Part shown: piece by piece, positions 16,322 through 25,033 of the stretch
Position numbering within the stretch: the first letter of the stretch is position 1
Layout of the letters: each line of letters starts with the position of its first letter
Assembly (NCBI GenBank): GCA_035489815.1
Contig: DATHJH010000032.1
Location: forward strand, 32,301-96,300
Length of the DNA stretch: 64,000 nt
Source of the DNA: Candidatus Limnocylindria bacterium
GTDB lineage: Bacteria; Patescibacteriota; Saccharimonadia; Saccharimonadales; JAGQNK01
Direction of reading: 5' to 3'
Position numbers and translations under genes: made by a program
The notes under the pieces: generated by a model
What the model was told of the DNA's origin: nothing
The model's database searches: none
What the model saw: the letters and a program-made list of their open reading frames with translations, nothing else

Positions 16322-18883
16322 ATGAAATACACCCTAGTCCCCCATCTCCCATACCTTGACAGGTCTGCCCTCCCAGAAGCAGTGCCAAACAGCCCGGCTG
16401 CCCTGAAACGTAGCTATGGCTACGTTTCAGGCACATCCAATCTGCCTGGCACTGCTTCTGGAAAGGCATCTAGCCGTCAGAGTATGGGAGATGGGGGACT
16501 AGGCAAACAGCAAGTAAAAAAGCGACTCGTGCCCACCATTGCTGCTGTTTTTGTCCTTGGTATCCTACTCCCGGCTGTTCTGCCCTCCCAGAACACAGAT
16601 GCGCTGAGCGGTTCGCAGTTTAATGCCGGACGAATCATCGATGATGCGGTGTTCTACAACAAAAACTCTATGTCCGCCAGCCAGATCCAAAGCTTCCTAA
16701 ACAGTAAGGTCCCGACTTGTGAAACCCACCATGCCAAATCTTCCAGCAGTAACGATTCCGGGCCGCCGTATAAATGCCTCAAGGACTATCGTCAAAATAC
16801 CGCCAACATTGCTCCGGACAGCGGCCTGTGTGGCGGCTACACCGGCAGAAGCAACGAAACAGCCGCCCAGATCATCTACCACGTCGCCCAAAGCTGCGGC
16901 ATAAGCCCTAAGGTCATACTGGTCATGCTCCAAAAAGAGCAAGGGCTGGTAACCGATACATGGCCATGGGACATTCAATACCGAAAGGCCATGGGCGCTT
17001 TCTGCCCGGACTCCGCCCCGTGCGATCCGGCTTATGCTGGATTCTTTTACCAGGTATACTACGGTGCTCATCGGTTCAAGGTCTATGCCGCCAACCCGGG
17101 TAGTTTCAACTACCGGGCCGGCCGCAATAACTCCATCCTCTGGAATCCCAAGACATCCTGCGGAAGGTCAACTGTGTACATCCAGAACCAGGCAACCGCC
17201 AGCCTCTACATTTATACCCCGTACCGCCCCAACCAGGCCGCCCTCAATAACCTGGGCGGCACCGGAGACAGCTGCAGCTCCTACGGCAATCGCAACTTCT
17301 GGGTATTCTATAACCAGTGGTTTGGCCCCACCACCGGCAGCCCCCTGTTCAAATTCAGTAATGACGCAACGGTGTATGTACTCGGCGCAAACAACAACTA
17401 CTACCGTATGGAAAATCGTGAAAAACTGGATATATACGGGTTCGGCGACACCATACATAGCGTCAAGACCGTCAGTACCAGCTATGTCTCCGGCCGGAGC
17501 TTTTCAGGCAACCTGCCGCTTATCGCCCGGTTCCAGGGAGATGAGGTCTACATGATTAGTGGCGGCCGGGCTCATCACTTTACCTCCCGGGCGCTGTTAC
17601 AGACATTTGGCTACGACATTGGCCAGGAAGCCCTGCTGCCGGCCGGCATTAAAGAATGGTACCCGGACGCCGAAGCCATGCAAACCACCGTTCGCAGCGC
17701 TAACGGCCCCGCTGTCTGGTCTGTCGAAGGCGGCAAGAAGCGGCACATCATCAATGGCGAGGCCTACCTTTCCGGCAGCCCCGCGTATGCGTCAAGGCCT
17801 GAGGTCACCTTATGGGAAGCCGTTATGGCGCCGATCGAAAACGGCCCGCCGATTCTGACGGCCAACAAGCTGTTAAAACGGACCGACCAAAACACTTACA
17901 TTTTCTGGGATGGCACCAAACGGCAGGAAATTTCTGCCAGAGTGGCCGCAGAGCTGCATCTGCCCCTCATCTATGCCACCAGAGCCTCCATACTCAACCA
18001 GTTACCCGCCGGGGGCACAGACATAGACAAGTATGTAAAAAACGGCGGCGGCGAGCTGTATGTCCTGGACTCGGGCCAAAAGTTCCTTGTGTCGCCCTCT
18101 GACCTCACCCAAATGGGACTTACCTCATCTTCATTCTCACTCGCCCCGGACGGATTCTTTGACTTTGTCCCCACTACTAAAGCTTTTAAACGGCTATTCA
18201 GAATTGGGAGCGACAGCGGCGTCTTCTTAATCAAAAGCGGGCAGCGCTATCACCTCATGAGCCCGGCCGCTGTTTCAGAAAGCGGCTTTGCACTGTCAGA
18301 CGCCATATCCCTGAACGACACATCAGCAAACCTGTTCCCTAATTCCGGAAAAAAGATTATGGCCAAGGGTACATTGTTCAGGATCGGCTCCAGGGATGAG
18401 GTGTTTGTAGTAAACACCGGCTCGTCCAGCCTGCACATTGTGTCTGCCCCTACCCTGAAGGACTACGGCCTGAAAATTGCCAGTACCTTCAGCCTCAACC
18501 CCACCCAGGCATCCGACTACCCAATGTCCGGAAAGCTCCGGCACATTGTGAAAGACGGCTCAAACAACGTCTGGCAGGTACAGAACGGCGCAGAGAAACG
18601 GCCCGTACCCACGCCCATGCAAGACCCCGGCGGCTATAACGTCATTGTTCCGGAATTAGCCGTTCTGGATACCAGCCTCTTTGGCGGATATGCCACTCAA
18701 TCAGACCTGACCAACCTCATACGCGCAGCGGGTGATGCCCGTGTATACAAGGTCGAAAACGGCAAAAAGCACTGGGTAACCAGTCGGGCCGTTTTTGACA
18801 CCAACGGGTTTTCACTCAGTAACGTCACGAACGTCTCCACAGGGTTCCTGAACAGCCTTGCCAGCGGTCCGAACATACACTAG
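16322..18883 (+). CDS. large exported cell-wall-associated protein: putative murein-hydrolase-like N-domain plus about 9 degenerate ~55-aa repeats
   Basis: 853-aa maximal ORF. A more likely start is the ATG at 16484 (MGDGGLGKQQVKKRL + TM), because codons 4-61 are the hairpin element. It carries the motif AAQIIYHVAQSCGISPKVILVMLQKEQGLV. The C-terminal repeats follow the pattern hYhh..G.+h.h.s...h...Gh. Confidence 0.7.
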   Translation: MKYTLVPHLPYLDRSALPEAVPNSPAALKRSYGYVSGTSNLPGTASGKASSRQSMGDGGLGKQQVKKRLVPTIAAVFVLGILLPAVLPSQNTDALSGSQFNAGRIIDDAVFYNKNSMSASQIQSFLNSKVPTCETHHAKSSSSNDSGPPYKCLKDYRQNTANIAPDSGLCGGYTGRSNETAAQIIYHVAQSCGISPKVILVMLQKEQGLVTDTWPWDIQYRKAMGAFCPDSAPCDPAYAGFFYQVYYGAHRFKVYAANPGSFNYRAGRNNSILWNPKTSCGRSTVYIQNQATASLYIYTPYRPNQAALNNLGGTGDSCSSYGNRNFWVFYNQWFGPTTGSPLFKFSNDATVYVLGANNNYYRMENREKLDIYGFGDTIHSVKTVSTSYVSGRSFSGNLPLIARFQGDEVYMISGGRAHHFTSRALLQTFGYDIGQEALLPAGIKEWYPDAEAMQTTVRSANGPAVWSVEGGKKRHIINGEAYLSGSPAYASRPEVTLWEAVMAPIENGPPILTANKLLKRTDQNTYIFWDGTKRQEISARVAAELHLPLIYATRASILNQLPAGGTDIDKYVKNGGGELYVLDSGQKFLVSPSDLTQMGLTSSSFSLAPDGFFDFVPTTKAFKRLFRIGSDSGVFLIKSGQRYHLMSPAAVSESGFALSDAISLNDTSANLFPNSGKKIMAKGTLFRIGSRDEVFVVNTGSSSLHIVSAPTLKDYGLKIASTFSLNPTQASDYPMSGKLRHIVKDGSNNVWQVQNGAEKRPVPTPMQDPGGYNVIVPELAVLDTSLFGGYATQSDLTNLIRAAGDARVYKVENGKKHWVTSRAVFDTNGFSLSNVTNVSTGFLNSLASGPNIH
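16333..16503. repeat. 171-nt triple-nested perfect hairpin element (E)
   Basis: Outer arms are 22/22 perfect (16333-16354 and 16482-16503). The middle stem is 14/14 (16373-16386 and 16448-16461). The inner stem is 12-13 bp (16403-16414 and 16419-16430) with loop TATG. Confidence 0.9.
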
Positions 18884-18899
18884 CTGGCTCTTCTTTTTT

Positions 18900-19006
18900 G
18901 GCCGAGTCAGCTACTTTCGTTCCTCTAGGGCGCTTTATGGGCGATCCTTACGGATCGGCCCATGGCGCTTGCTTACCCGGACGGAACGAAAATAACTGGC
19001 TCGGCC
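18900..19006 (-). repeat. family-1 nested hairpin element, copy F (subtype 1b, core on minus strand)
   Basis: 24-nt arms at 18900-18923 and 18983-19006 with 21 WC pairs. The minus-strand core is GTCCGGGTAAGCAAGCGCCATGGGCCGATCCGTAAGGATCGCCCATAAAGCGCCCTAGA. Confidence 0.9.
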
Positions 19007-19046
19007 CCGGACGTCCGATGTATATATATCGTATACTAGCTGTAAG

Positions 19047-20465
19047 ATGCTTGCTAAAACAATAATGAAGGGTCTAAATAAAAAGGGCCGCCAGGTCCAT
19101 GACCTTATAGTTGCCCTCATATCATCTAAGGTGTTTTTGGTTGGTTCTTTTGTCTGGTTTGCAGTCCAGGGCCTGTTCTTTGCCATAACCATCAGGGTGG
19201 GCTTGCCGCCGGACGAAAACTACCACCTCTCACTCATAAAGCTGTTTTCAGAACACAGTCCGTCGCCTTTCCTCGCCGATCAAGATGGCTATTTGGCACT
19301 GGGCGAGGTTGTCCACACGCCGTTTTTCCTCTACCACTACCTGATGAGTTTCCCCTATCTCCTCGTAGGCGATTCTGAGTGGGGATACGTTGTGCTCCGG
19401 CTACTCAATCTAGCGCTAGCGCTTGGTTCTATGTACCTGGTCTACCGAATTGCCGGCGAGCTCAAGGTGTCCAAACTGGTTCGTAACCTAAGCATATTCA
19501 TGCTGGTCAATACTTTGATGTTTGTATTTTTGTCTGCGGCGGTCAGCTACGACAATTTATTTATTTTCTTGTCCCTGGCAACTATTCTGTTTCTTCTGAG
19601 GCTGTTAAAGGGAGTTACCGCTTATCGGTTCCTGCTCTTTGGAGTGGCGATGGCTGCCGGTTCTTTGATAAAGGTCAACTTCTTGCCAGTGGCTTTTATT
19701 TGTCTGGCTGTTTTGATTTTCCGGTACCGCAATCGCTTTAGTACTATATGGCCGGCGCTGTCCCACAGCTTTATGGCCAGAAAACGGCTCAACAGTATAC
19801 TTGGCATCGTACTTGGCGTCCTGACCATATTGGTTATACAAAGGTACGGCTACAACGTCCTCAAATACCACACATACGCACCAAGCTGTCCTCAAGTGCA
19901 AACCTTGCAGGAATGTCGCCGTAGCCCGCTGTTTGTCAGAAACGAACACATTAGTCGTACTCCGCTTCGTGCCACTAAAGATCCTTTTGAATATGTCTAC
20001 GACTGGGTGCCGCTTATTCAGGCTAGAACCTACGGAATTTTTGCGCACAGGGAGCTCCCGGCGCTGAAACTCATACTGGCCTGGTCTCAGATACTTATAG
20101 TGCTTGGCGTCGTAGCAATTGCCCGGGTTTGGCGGCGCGAAGACAAGCTTCTGACGCTTACCCTGGGTATCAGCCTGTTTTATGTGGCCATTGTACTGCT
20201 GGAAAACTACGGCGCCTATACGTCTTCGGGCCGGTTTGGGTTTGCGCTCCATGGACGCTATTTGTTTGCTGTCTTGCCGCTCCTGTACGTCCTTGGCAAC
20301 CACTACACCCTCAAACTTCTGCGTGACAACTATACAAAAACGCTATTTCTAGCCGTCACTATTGCCGTATTTTTTGCGGCCAGCCTGCCTACCTTTATAT
20401 ATAAATCATCAGAGCTCTGGTATGCGGACCGGTTCAAGCAAACCAGGACCTACTTACTGCCGTAA
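19047..20465 (+). CDS. polytopic membrane protein, GT-C fold glycosyltransferase candidate, paralog 2
   Basis: 472 aa with more than 10 TM helices. Shares FLYHYLMSFPY and VSYDNL with the ORF at 1928-3445. Confidence 0.6.
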   Translation: MLAKTIMKGLNKKGRQVHDLIVALISSKVFLVGSFVWFAVQGLFFAITIRVGLPPDENYHLSLIKLFSEHSPSPFLADQDGYLALGEVVHTPFFLYHYLMSFPYLLVGDSEWGYVVLRLLNLALALGSMYLVYRIAGELKVSKLVRNLSIFMLVNTLMFVFLSAAVSYDNLFIFLSLATILFLLRLLKGVTAYRFLLFGVAMAAGSLIKVNFLPVAFICLAVLIFRYRNRFSTIWPALSHSFMARKRLNSILGIVLGVLTILVIQRYGYNVLKYHTYAPSCPQVQTLQECRRSPLFVRNEHISRTPLRATKDPFEYVYDWVPLIQARTYGIFAHRELPALKLILAWSQILIVLGVVAIARVWRREDKLLTLTLGISLFYVAIVLLENYGAYTSSGRFGFALHGRYLFAVLPLLYVLGNHYTLKLLRDNYTKTLFLAVTIAVFFAASLPTFIYKSSELWYADRFKQTRTYLLP

Positions 20466-21925
20466 GAATCAGACAATTTAAAGAGTGACCACGAAAGCAG
20501 TACCGTTCCAGCCGCAAACAACAGCAAGAGCAAGGTAACAATCATGCCTGGCAAGCCATTTGCCGCAGTGTCTCCGTGCAGCTTGCCCAGATGGCCCCGC
20601 ATAAGTCCCATGAGGCTGGAAACCCCCAAAGCACAGGCCGCAAGCGTTACCAGCTGGCCCCGCATGTTTCTAAACTGAAGCAGTCCAAAAGAAAACAAGA
20701 GCCCCATGGGCAGCAAGGCTGACAGAAGGTACCTGAAATTAATCGACCCGTACCCAAAGGCAAGTTTAATCTGGATGACGGACACACCAAGCCAGGCCAG
20801 GGCAAATATCGCCAACACACTCCGGCGCTTAGGCCCGCCTATAAGCCCCTTGAGCTCTTTCCTACTCAAAGATAAGCAGCCCGCTATGCAAAAGCTCAGG
20901 ACAGCCAAAGACACCTCCAAATACCGGGCATAGCCGGCATAGACCAGCCCCCACAGTTTGCTCCCCAGCAAAACGTCAGACAAAGACTGAAAGGAACGAC
21001 CCCCGCTATAGTCCAGGGGAGATGACTGGAGCGGGCTGCCATTTGTCTTATAATTCCATAGGTAGTAGAACCATCCGGAAGTAATTGTGATAGCTGCGAC
21101 AACCAGGACGGATACGCCGGCTGTCTGGAATATGACCTTCTTCAAGTTATGCTTGTAACGGATGAGGTAGTGCAGGCCGACGGCCAAAAGATTAAGCCCT
21201 ACAAAAAGTATATATGGCACCTTGGTAAGCATACCCGCGCAGGACAAAAGTACCAGCCACACCAGCAGCTTTTTGTTGGGGCCCTTATATACCAACTTAT
21301 AGCTTAGTATGAGTGAAAGGGTAGAAAACAACACCAGCAGCGGGTCAAGCGCATAGTCCTGGTTAAGCCGGGTAAACCGGTACATAAGGACGCCTAGCGC
21401 AGGCACAGCCACCGCAAACAGCGCCCGACGCCGCCCGGCCATCAGCCAGCCGCCCCAGGCCAGCGCTGCTATACAGCCTACCCCAATTAACAGGTTGATG
21501 ACACGCCCCACACCAATCGCCGCATGCAAGTTGCCGCGCGCCAAAAGGGGACCCACAAACGGCGCATGTACAACATAGAACAAAGGAGGATTTGCAGAAG
21601 CTGCCTGACGGCCAGAATAACCAGACGTGGTAAAGGCCGGGTACCTAAGACCGTCCTCCCACCTGGGTAGCTCCCCATGGTACACGCGCCAGACATAGTC
21701 AATGTGCTGCTTGGAATCGCTGGAGGAAATCCACGGCGTCGCAACCGACACCGTACCAGCAACACCGGCATACATACACACCACACCCAGCAGCCCTATC
21801 AACAAAGCCCTGGGGAAGGTTTTATTACGAATAGTCACGGTGCCGTTTGCCAGTCCCCGTATACGCGAAAAGAGTGTGGAAGGTTGTTTGAGCGGAGTCT
21901 TTTTGACATTTCTCTTTTTTGCCAT
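20450..21925 (-). CDS. polytopic membrane protein, GT-C/ArnT-PMT-like glycosyltransferase candidate, paralog 3
   Basis: About 491 aa from the ATG at 21925 (MAKKRNVKK). The maximal ORF reaches 21985. Many TM helices. Confidence 0.5.
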   Translation of the reverse strand: MAKKRNVKKTPLKQPSTLFSRIRGLANGTVTIRNKTFPRALLIGLLGVVCMYAGVAGTVSVATPWISSSDSKQHIDYVWRVYHGELPRWEDGLRYPAFTTSGYSGRQAASANPPLFYVVHAPFVGPLLARGNLHAAIGVGRVINLLIGVGCIAALAWGGWLMAGRRRALFAVAVPALGVLMYRFTRLNQDYALDPLLVLFSTLSLILSYKLVYKGPNKKLLVWLVLLSCAGMLTKVPYILFVGLNLLAVGLHYLIRYKHNLKKVIFQTAGVSVLVVAAITITSGWFYYLWNYKTNGSPLQSSPLDYSGGRSFQSLSDVLLGSKLWGLVYAGYARYLEVSLAVLSFCIAGCLSLSRKELKGLIGGPKRRSVLAIFALAWLGVSVIQIKLAFGYGSINFRYLLSALLPMGLLFSFGLLQFRNMRGQLVTLAACALGVSSLMGLMRGHLGKLHGDTAANGLPGMIVTLLLLLFAAGTVLLSWSLFKLSDSYGSK

Positions 21926-22095
21926 GCTGTGGAGTAGGATAGCATAAACCTGTGCCACTGATGGCACGTGGATCAGAGCGCACACAGGTAGGCAGCGCCA
22001 TGAGTCAGCCTAGGACTGCTCATAGCGCCAAACCACTGCTGATGGGTCAGTGATAGCCTTTATAGTCCAGGTATAAATATAGTAGAGTACCTGTA

Positions 22096-23418
22096 GTGTC
22101 AGACAGATCACTAAGCAAAAGCTCATCCATAATAGACCAGACCAGACCAGACCGCACGCCAGTCCAGACTTTTATAAAGCTGCTGGCACACGGACAGTTT
22201 GGTGAGATTGCCCGCGTACTCCTGCAAAAAATGCGCACCTTTTTTAGGCTGGGGTACCGGGCCTATGCCATTCCCAGACACCTTATTCGCAAACATCCAG
22301 CCGTAGACTTACGGTTCAAAAAGGCCCATCTAAAACGCAGGCTGCGCAGGCTCTACGGCCACCCTCACAGATTAGCCCCTGGTGCCCTGCGTGTAGCTGT
22401 TATTGTTGGGCAGGGCACGGTCCAGCCCAAAAGCTCTGCCTTTATCCGGCTTATCTCGCCGCTCACCGACCCTTCAATCACAGATAAAATATCCTTGCAG
22501 ATCTTTCCGGAAAACACTACCGCCCTGCCTGGCAGCTTTGACGTCTGCATTATCCAGCGAACTGTCTTTGACCACGAAGATGATGCAAAGGCTCTTGTCA
22601 GAAACCTGAAACAGAACAACACCGCACTGGTCGTAGACAGCGACGACGGCTTCCACGCCCTGGACAAAACCCATCCAGAACATGATGTGCACCAGGAGCG
22701 ACTGGCGGCCTTGAATTTTCTCCTGAAGTCAGCGGACCAGATTTGGCTTTCCACCAAAGAATTAGCAAAAACCTACAAAGGCCTGGAGCAAAAAATCCAC
22801 GTCGTTCCCAACAGCCTCGACCCCCGGGTCTGGCAGCAGCACAGCCAAAGATCCATCGCAGATCGAACCGGGCCGCTCCACTTGCTGTACATGGGCACTG
22901 CCACTCACGACGCCGACCTGGGAATGATTCTGCCCGCCCTGGATACCGTGGCCCGGCAACACCCCTTCCGCCTCAGTGTCATCGGCGTGTCAGACGACTT
23001 GCCCCAGCGGCCATGGATAGAACGCCTCCCCCAGGCAAAAGGCTCTATGTACCCGGACTTTGTGGAATGGTTTATGGGCATCGCGGGTTTTGACGTAGGC
23101 CTCTCGCCGCTGGTGGATTCACTTTTCAACCGCTGCAAATCAGACATAAAATGCCTGGACTATCTGGCCGCCGGCATGGTGCCAGTCGTTTCCGACATCA
23201 CCCCTTACCAAGTCAAAGACCTGGACCCCTACATCATCCGCAGCCAAAACGACCAGCAATCCTGGCAAAAAGCCCTGGAACAACTCGTCTCCAACCCCCA
23301 AGCCACCCGCAAACAACTCGCCCCCATGATAAAAAACGGCCAAGAATACGTATGGCAAAAAAGATCCTCCCAAACCACCGCCAAACTTTTGTTAGAGCTA
23401 CTCACTTCCTTGAAGTAG
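22096..23418 (+). CDS. glycosyltransferase-like protein (GT-B C-terminal half)
   Basis: 440 aa, GTG start. The C-terminal region LHLLYMGTATHDADL...LSPLVDSLFNRCKSDIKCLDYLAAGMVPVVSD resembles GT1/GT4 C-domains. Confidence 0.5.
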   Translation: MSDRSLSKSSSIIDQTRPDRTPVQTFIKLLAHGQFGEIARVLLQKMRTFFRLGYRAYAIPRHLIRKHPAVDLRFKKAHLKRRLRRLYGHPHRLAPGALRVAVIVGQGTVQPKSSAFIRLISPLTDPSITDKISLQIFPENTTALPGSFDVCIIQRTVFDHEDDAKALVRNLKQNNTALVVDSDDGFHALDKTHPEHDVHQERLAALNFLLKSADQIWLSTKELAKTYKGLEQKIHVVPNSLDPRVWQQHSQRSIADRTGPLHLLYMGTATHDADLGMILPALDTVARQHPFRLSVIGVSDDLPQRPWIERLPQAKGSMYPDFVEWFMGIAGFDVGLSPLVDSLFNRCKSDIKCLDYLAAGMVPVVSDITPYQVKDLDPYIIRSQNDQQSWQKALEQLVSNPQATRKQLAPMIKNGQEYVWQKRSSQTTAKLLLELLTSLK

Positions 23419-23451
23419 CGTAAGCTTCTAGAGTGTCAGGACAACTTACTC

Positions 23452-23601
23452 TTATCGCCTAGGTAACCAAGCCATCACTACAGCTACCAGAGGTACCGTT
23501 GCCGTAACCCAGCGCCATTCAAACCTCCAACTTATAACGAGCAGAATAAATAGTGCTGTAGCTATGAGGATCACATGTTTTTGCCTCATAAATCCCGTCA
23601 T
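23452..23601 (-). CDS. hypothetical 49-aa two-TM mini-protein
   Basis: Translated manually: MTGFMRQKHVILIATALFILLVISWRFEWRWVTATVPLVAVVMAWLPRR. Not in the ORF track because it is under 60 aa. It lies 11 nt downstream of the preceding ORF, in a low-GC islet. Confidence 0.4.
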   Translation of the reverse strand: MTGFMRQKHVILIATALFILLVISWRFEWRWVTATVPLVAVVMAWLPRR

Positions 23602-23612
23602 GATAGATGTAC

Positions 23613-23849
23613 TTATCTACGCTTTTTAAAAGTATGCCGTAGCTCGTCCTCAAAAATACTACCTGTAAATATAAGTATCACTACCAGCGTTAGCCAAACT
23701 TTATTCTCAAACGCAAAACTAGTTGCAATCAGTACAATTGAGGTAAGACCAAACTTTACTGAAAGCTCTTTCTTTGCTTTAGCTCTTGTGGAAGCAGCTA
23801 CTATTAGCAAGATCACAGCTAGCAAAAATAAACTACTTGATAAGTCCAT
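23613..23849 (-). CDS. hypothetical 78-aa three-TM mini-protein
   Basis: MDLSSSLFLLAVILLIVAAS..., hydrophobic throughout. It lies immediately downstream of the ORF at 23863-24852. Confidence 0.5.
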   Translation of the reverse strand: MDLSSSLFLLAVILLIVAASTRAKAKKELSVKFGLTSIVLIATSFAFENKVWLTLVVILIFTGSIFEDELRHTFKKRR

Positions 23850-23862
23850 GTATCACCCTTTC

Positions 23863-24852
23863 TTAGCACTTATATACCCACGCCACTAGAGGTGCCCCTA
23901 GCCAATAACTTCTATATATTGCAAGGCAGTACCCACGACGAGAGGCTTGGTTGGCAAGAAAAGATACCGTACCTGCGATTGCTGCAGCCTGTGGGAATCT
24001 TGCTGCGCCTAGGGCCGCTGCTGCACCGGAGGTTTCACTAATCCACCTCATGTCGCCTCGATTAAACCAGACTGTTATACCGTGCCATGATCGACTTATG
24101 CGCGGGTCTGCAATAATAGGATATACCACTCCGGGTACATTGTGCTTCACATGTTGGGTTAATGTTTTTCCGTCCGCGGTGAAGTAGGTTTGGATGGCAT
24201 TGCCTTTAGCGTCTTTGGCCCATGGCTTATCAATAGTGAACATAACTTTTTTATTTGCTCCAACGACGACCGCTCCTCCGTCCACTGCGAGCATAATACG
24301 CCCGCCATTCGGCACAGTCACTTTGTAGTCATACTCTGTAGGAGCATTCGGGTTATCTATGACTGTCAGCATGCGTAAGCCGCCGTCTTCTGTTGGCTGG
24401 ATGGCATTGGCAGAGCCATTACCGGAGTCGTAAGTGACTACTCCCGGCGCTGCCTGCTTGGCAAGGGCAGCACTATCTGCACCCGGGAGCTCAATGCTGA
24501 GTTTGTTTTGTCCTTCGGTACCAAAAGTGACACCTCGGTCGGCGTCTTTGGGGATGTCTATGGCTGTGTCATTGGTTGTAGCAGTTAGCGCTGAGTCCGA
24601 ATCACTCTTTGTGGCTACCTGGTCAGAGCTACTCAGGACGCCAGAGACAGTTTGGAGGGCGTTCTTTACCTCTGTGGTAGAGACGTTCTTATTATGGTTC
24701 GTAAGGCCGCGACTTCCAGCCAGAATTGTACCGAGTGGCAGACTGAGGTTGGAAAACGTTGCCGCTACTAGAGACAGCGCAACGAGCCTTAGTTTGTTTT
24801 GTTTTAGGAAGTGGATGTTTTGATGTACTAGGAGTTGCCTGAATTGACCCAT
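23863..24852 (-). CDS. hypothetical secreted protein
   Basis: 329 aa with a signal-peptide-like N-terminus (LRLVALSLVAATFSNLSLPLGTILAGS). No recognisable catalytic motif. Low-GC islet. Confidence 0.6.
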   Translation of the reverse strand: MGQFRQLLVHQNIHFLKQNKLRLVALSLVAATFSNLSLPLGTILAGSRGLTNHNKNVSTTEVKNALQTVSGVLSSSDQVATKSDSDSALTATTNDTAIDIPKDADRGVTFGTEGQNKLSIELPGADSAALAKQAAPGVVTYDSGNGSANAIQPTEDGGLRMLTVIDNPNAPTEYDYKVTVPNGGRIMLAVDGGAVVVGANKKVMFTIDKPWAKDAKGNAIQTYFTADGKTLTQHVKHNVPGVVYPIIADPRISRSWHGITVWFNRGDMRWISETSGAAAALGAARFPQAAAIAGTVSFLANQASRRGYCLAIYRSYWLGAPLVAWVYKC

Positions 24853-24974
24853 GCTCTGTATTCCCCTCGTTGTTTTAATTCACAAAGGAAATAGTACTTC
24901 ATGTATATATGCTTAACAATATGTAAGACTGTTTATTTTAGTGTGGTTTTGACAACTGGGGCCAACACTTCAAA

Positions 24975-25022
24975 AAACTGTACTTTTATTTTGTCCGGCC
25001 GGATATAAATGGAGTACAGTTT
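24975..25022. promoter_or_regulatory. imperfect 48-bp palindrome (candidate operator) upstream of the PaaX/Cas2-fold gene
   Basis: AAACTGTACT-N-GTCCGGCCGGAT-N-AGTACAGTTT. It shares its ends and its centre with the perfect palindrome at 25545-25598. Confidence 0.6.
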
Positions 25023-25033
25023 CAGAGGACATC

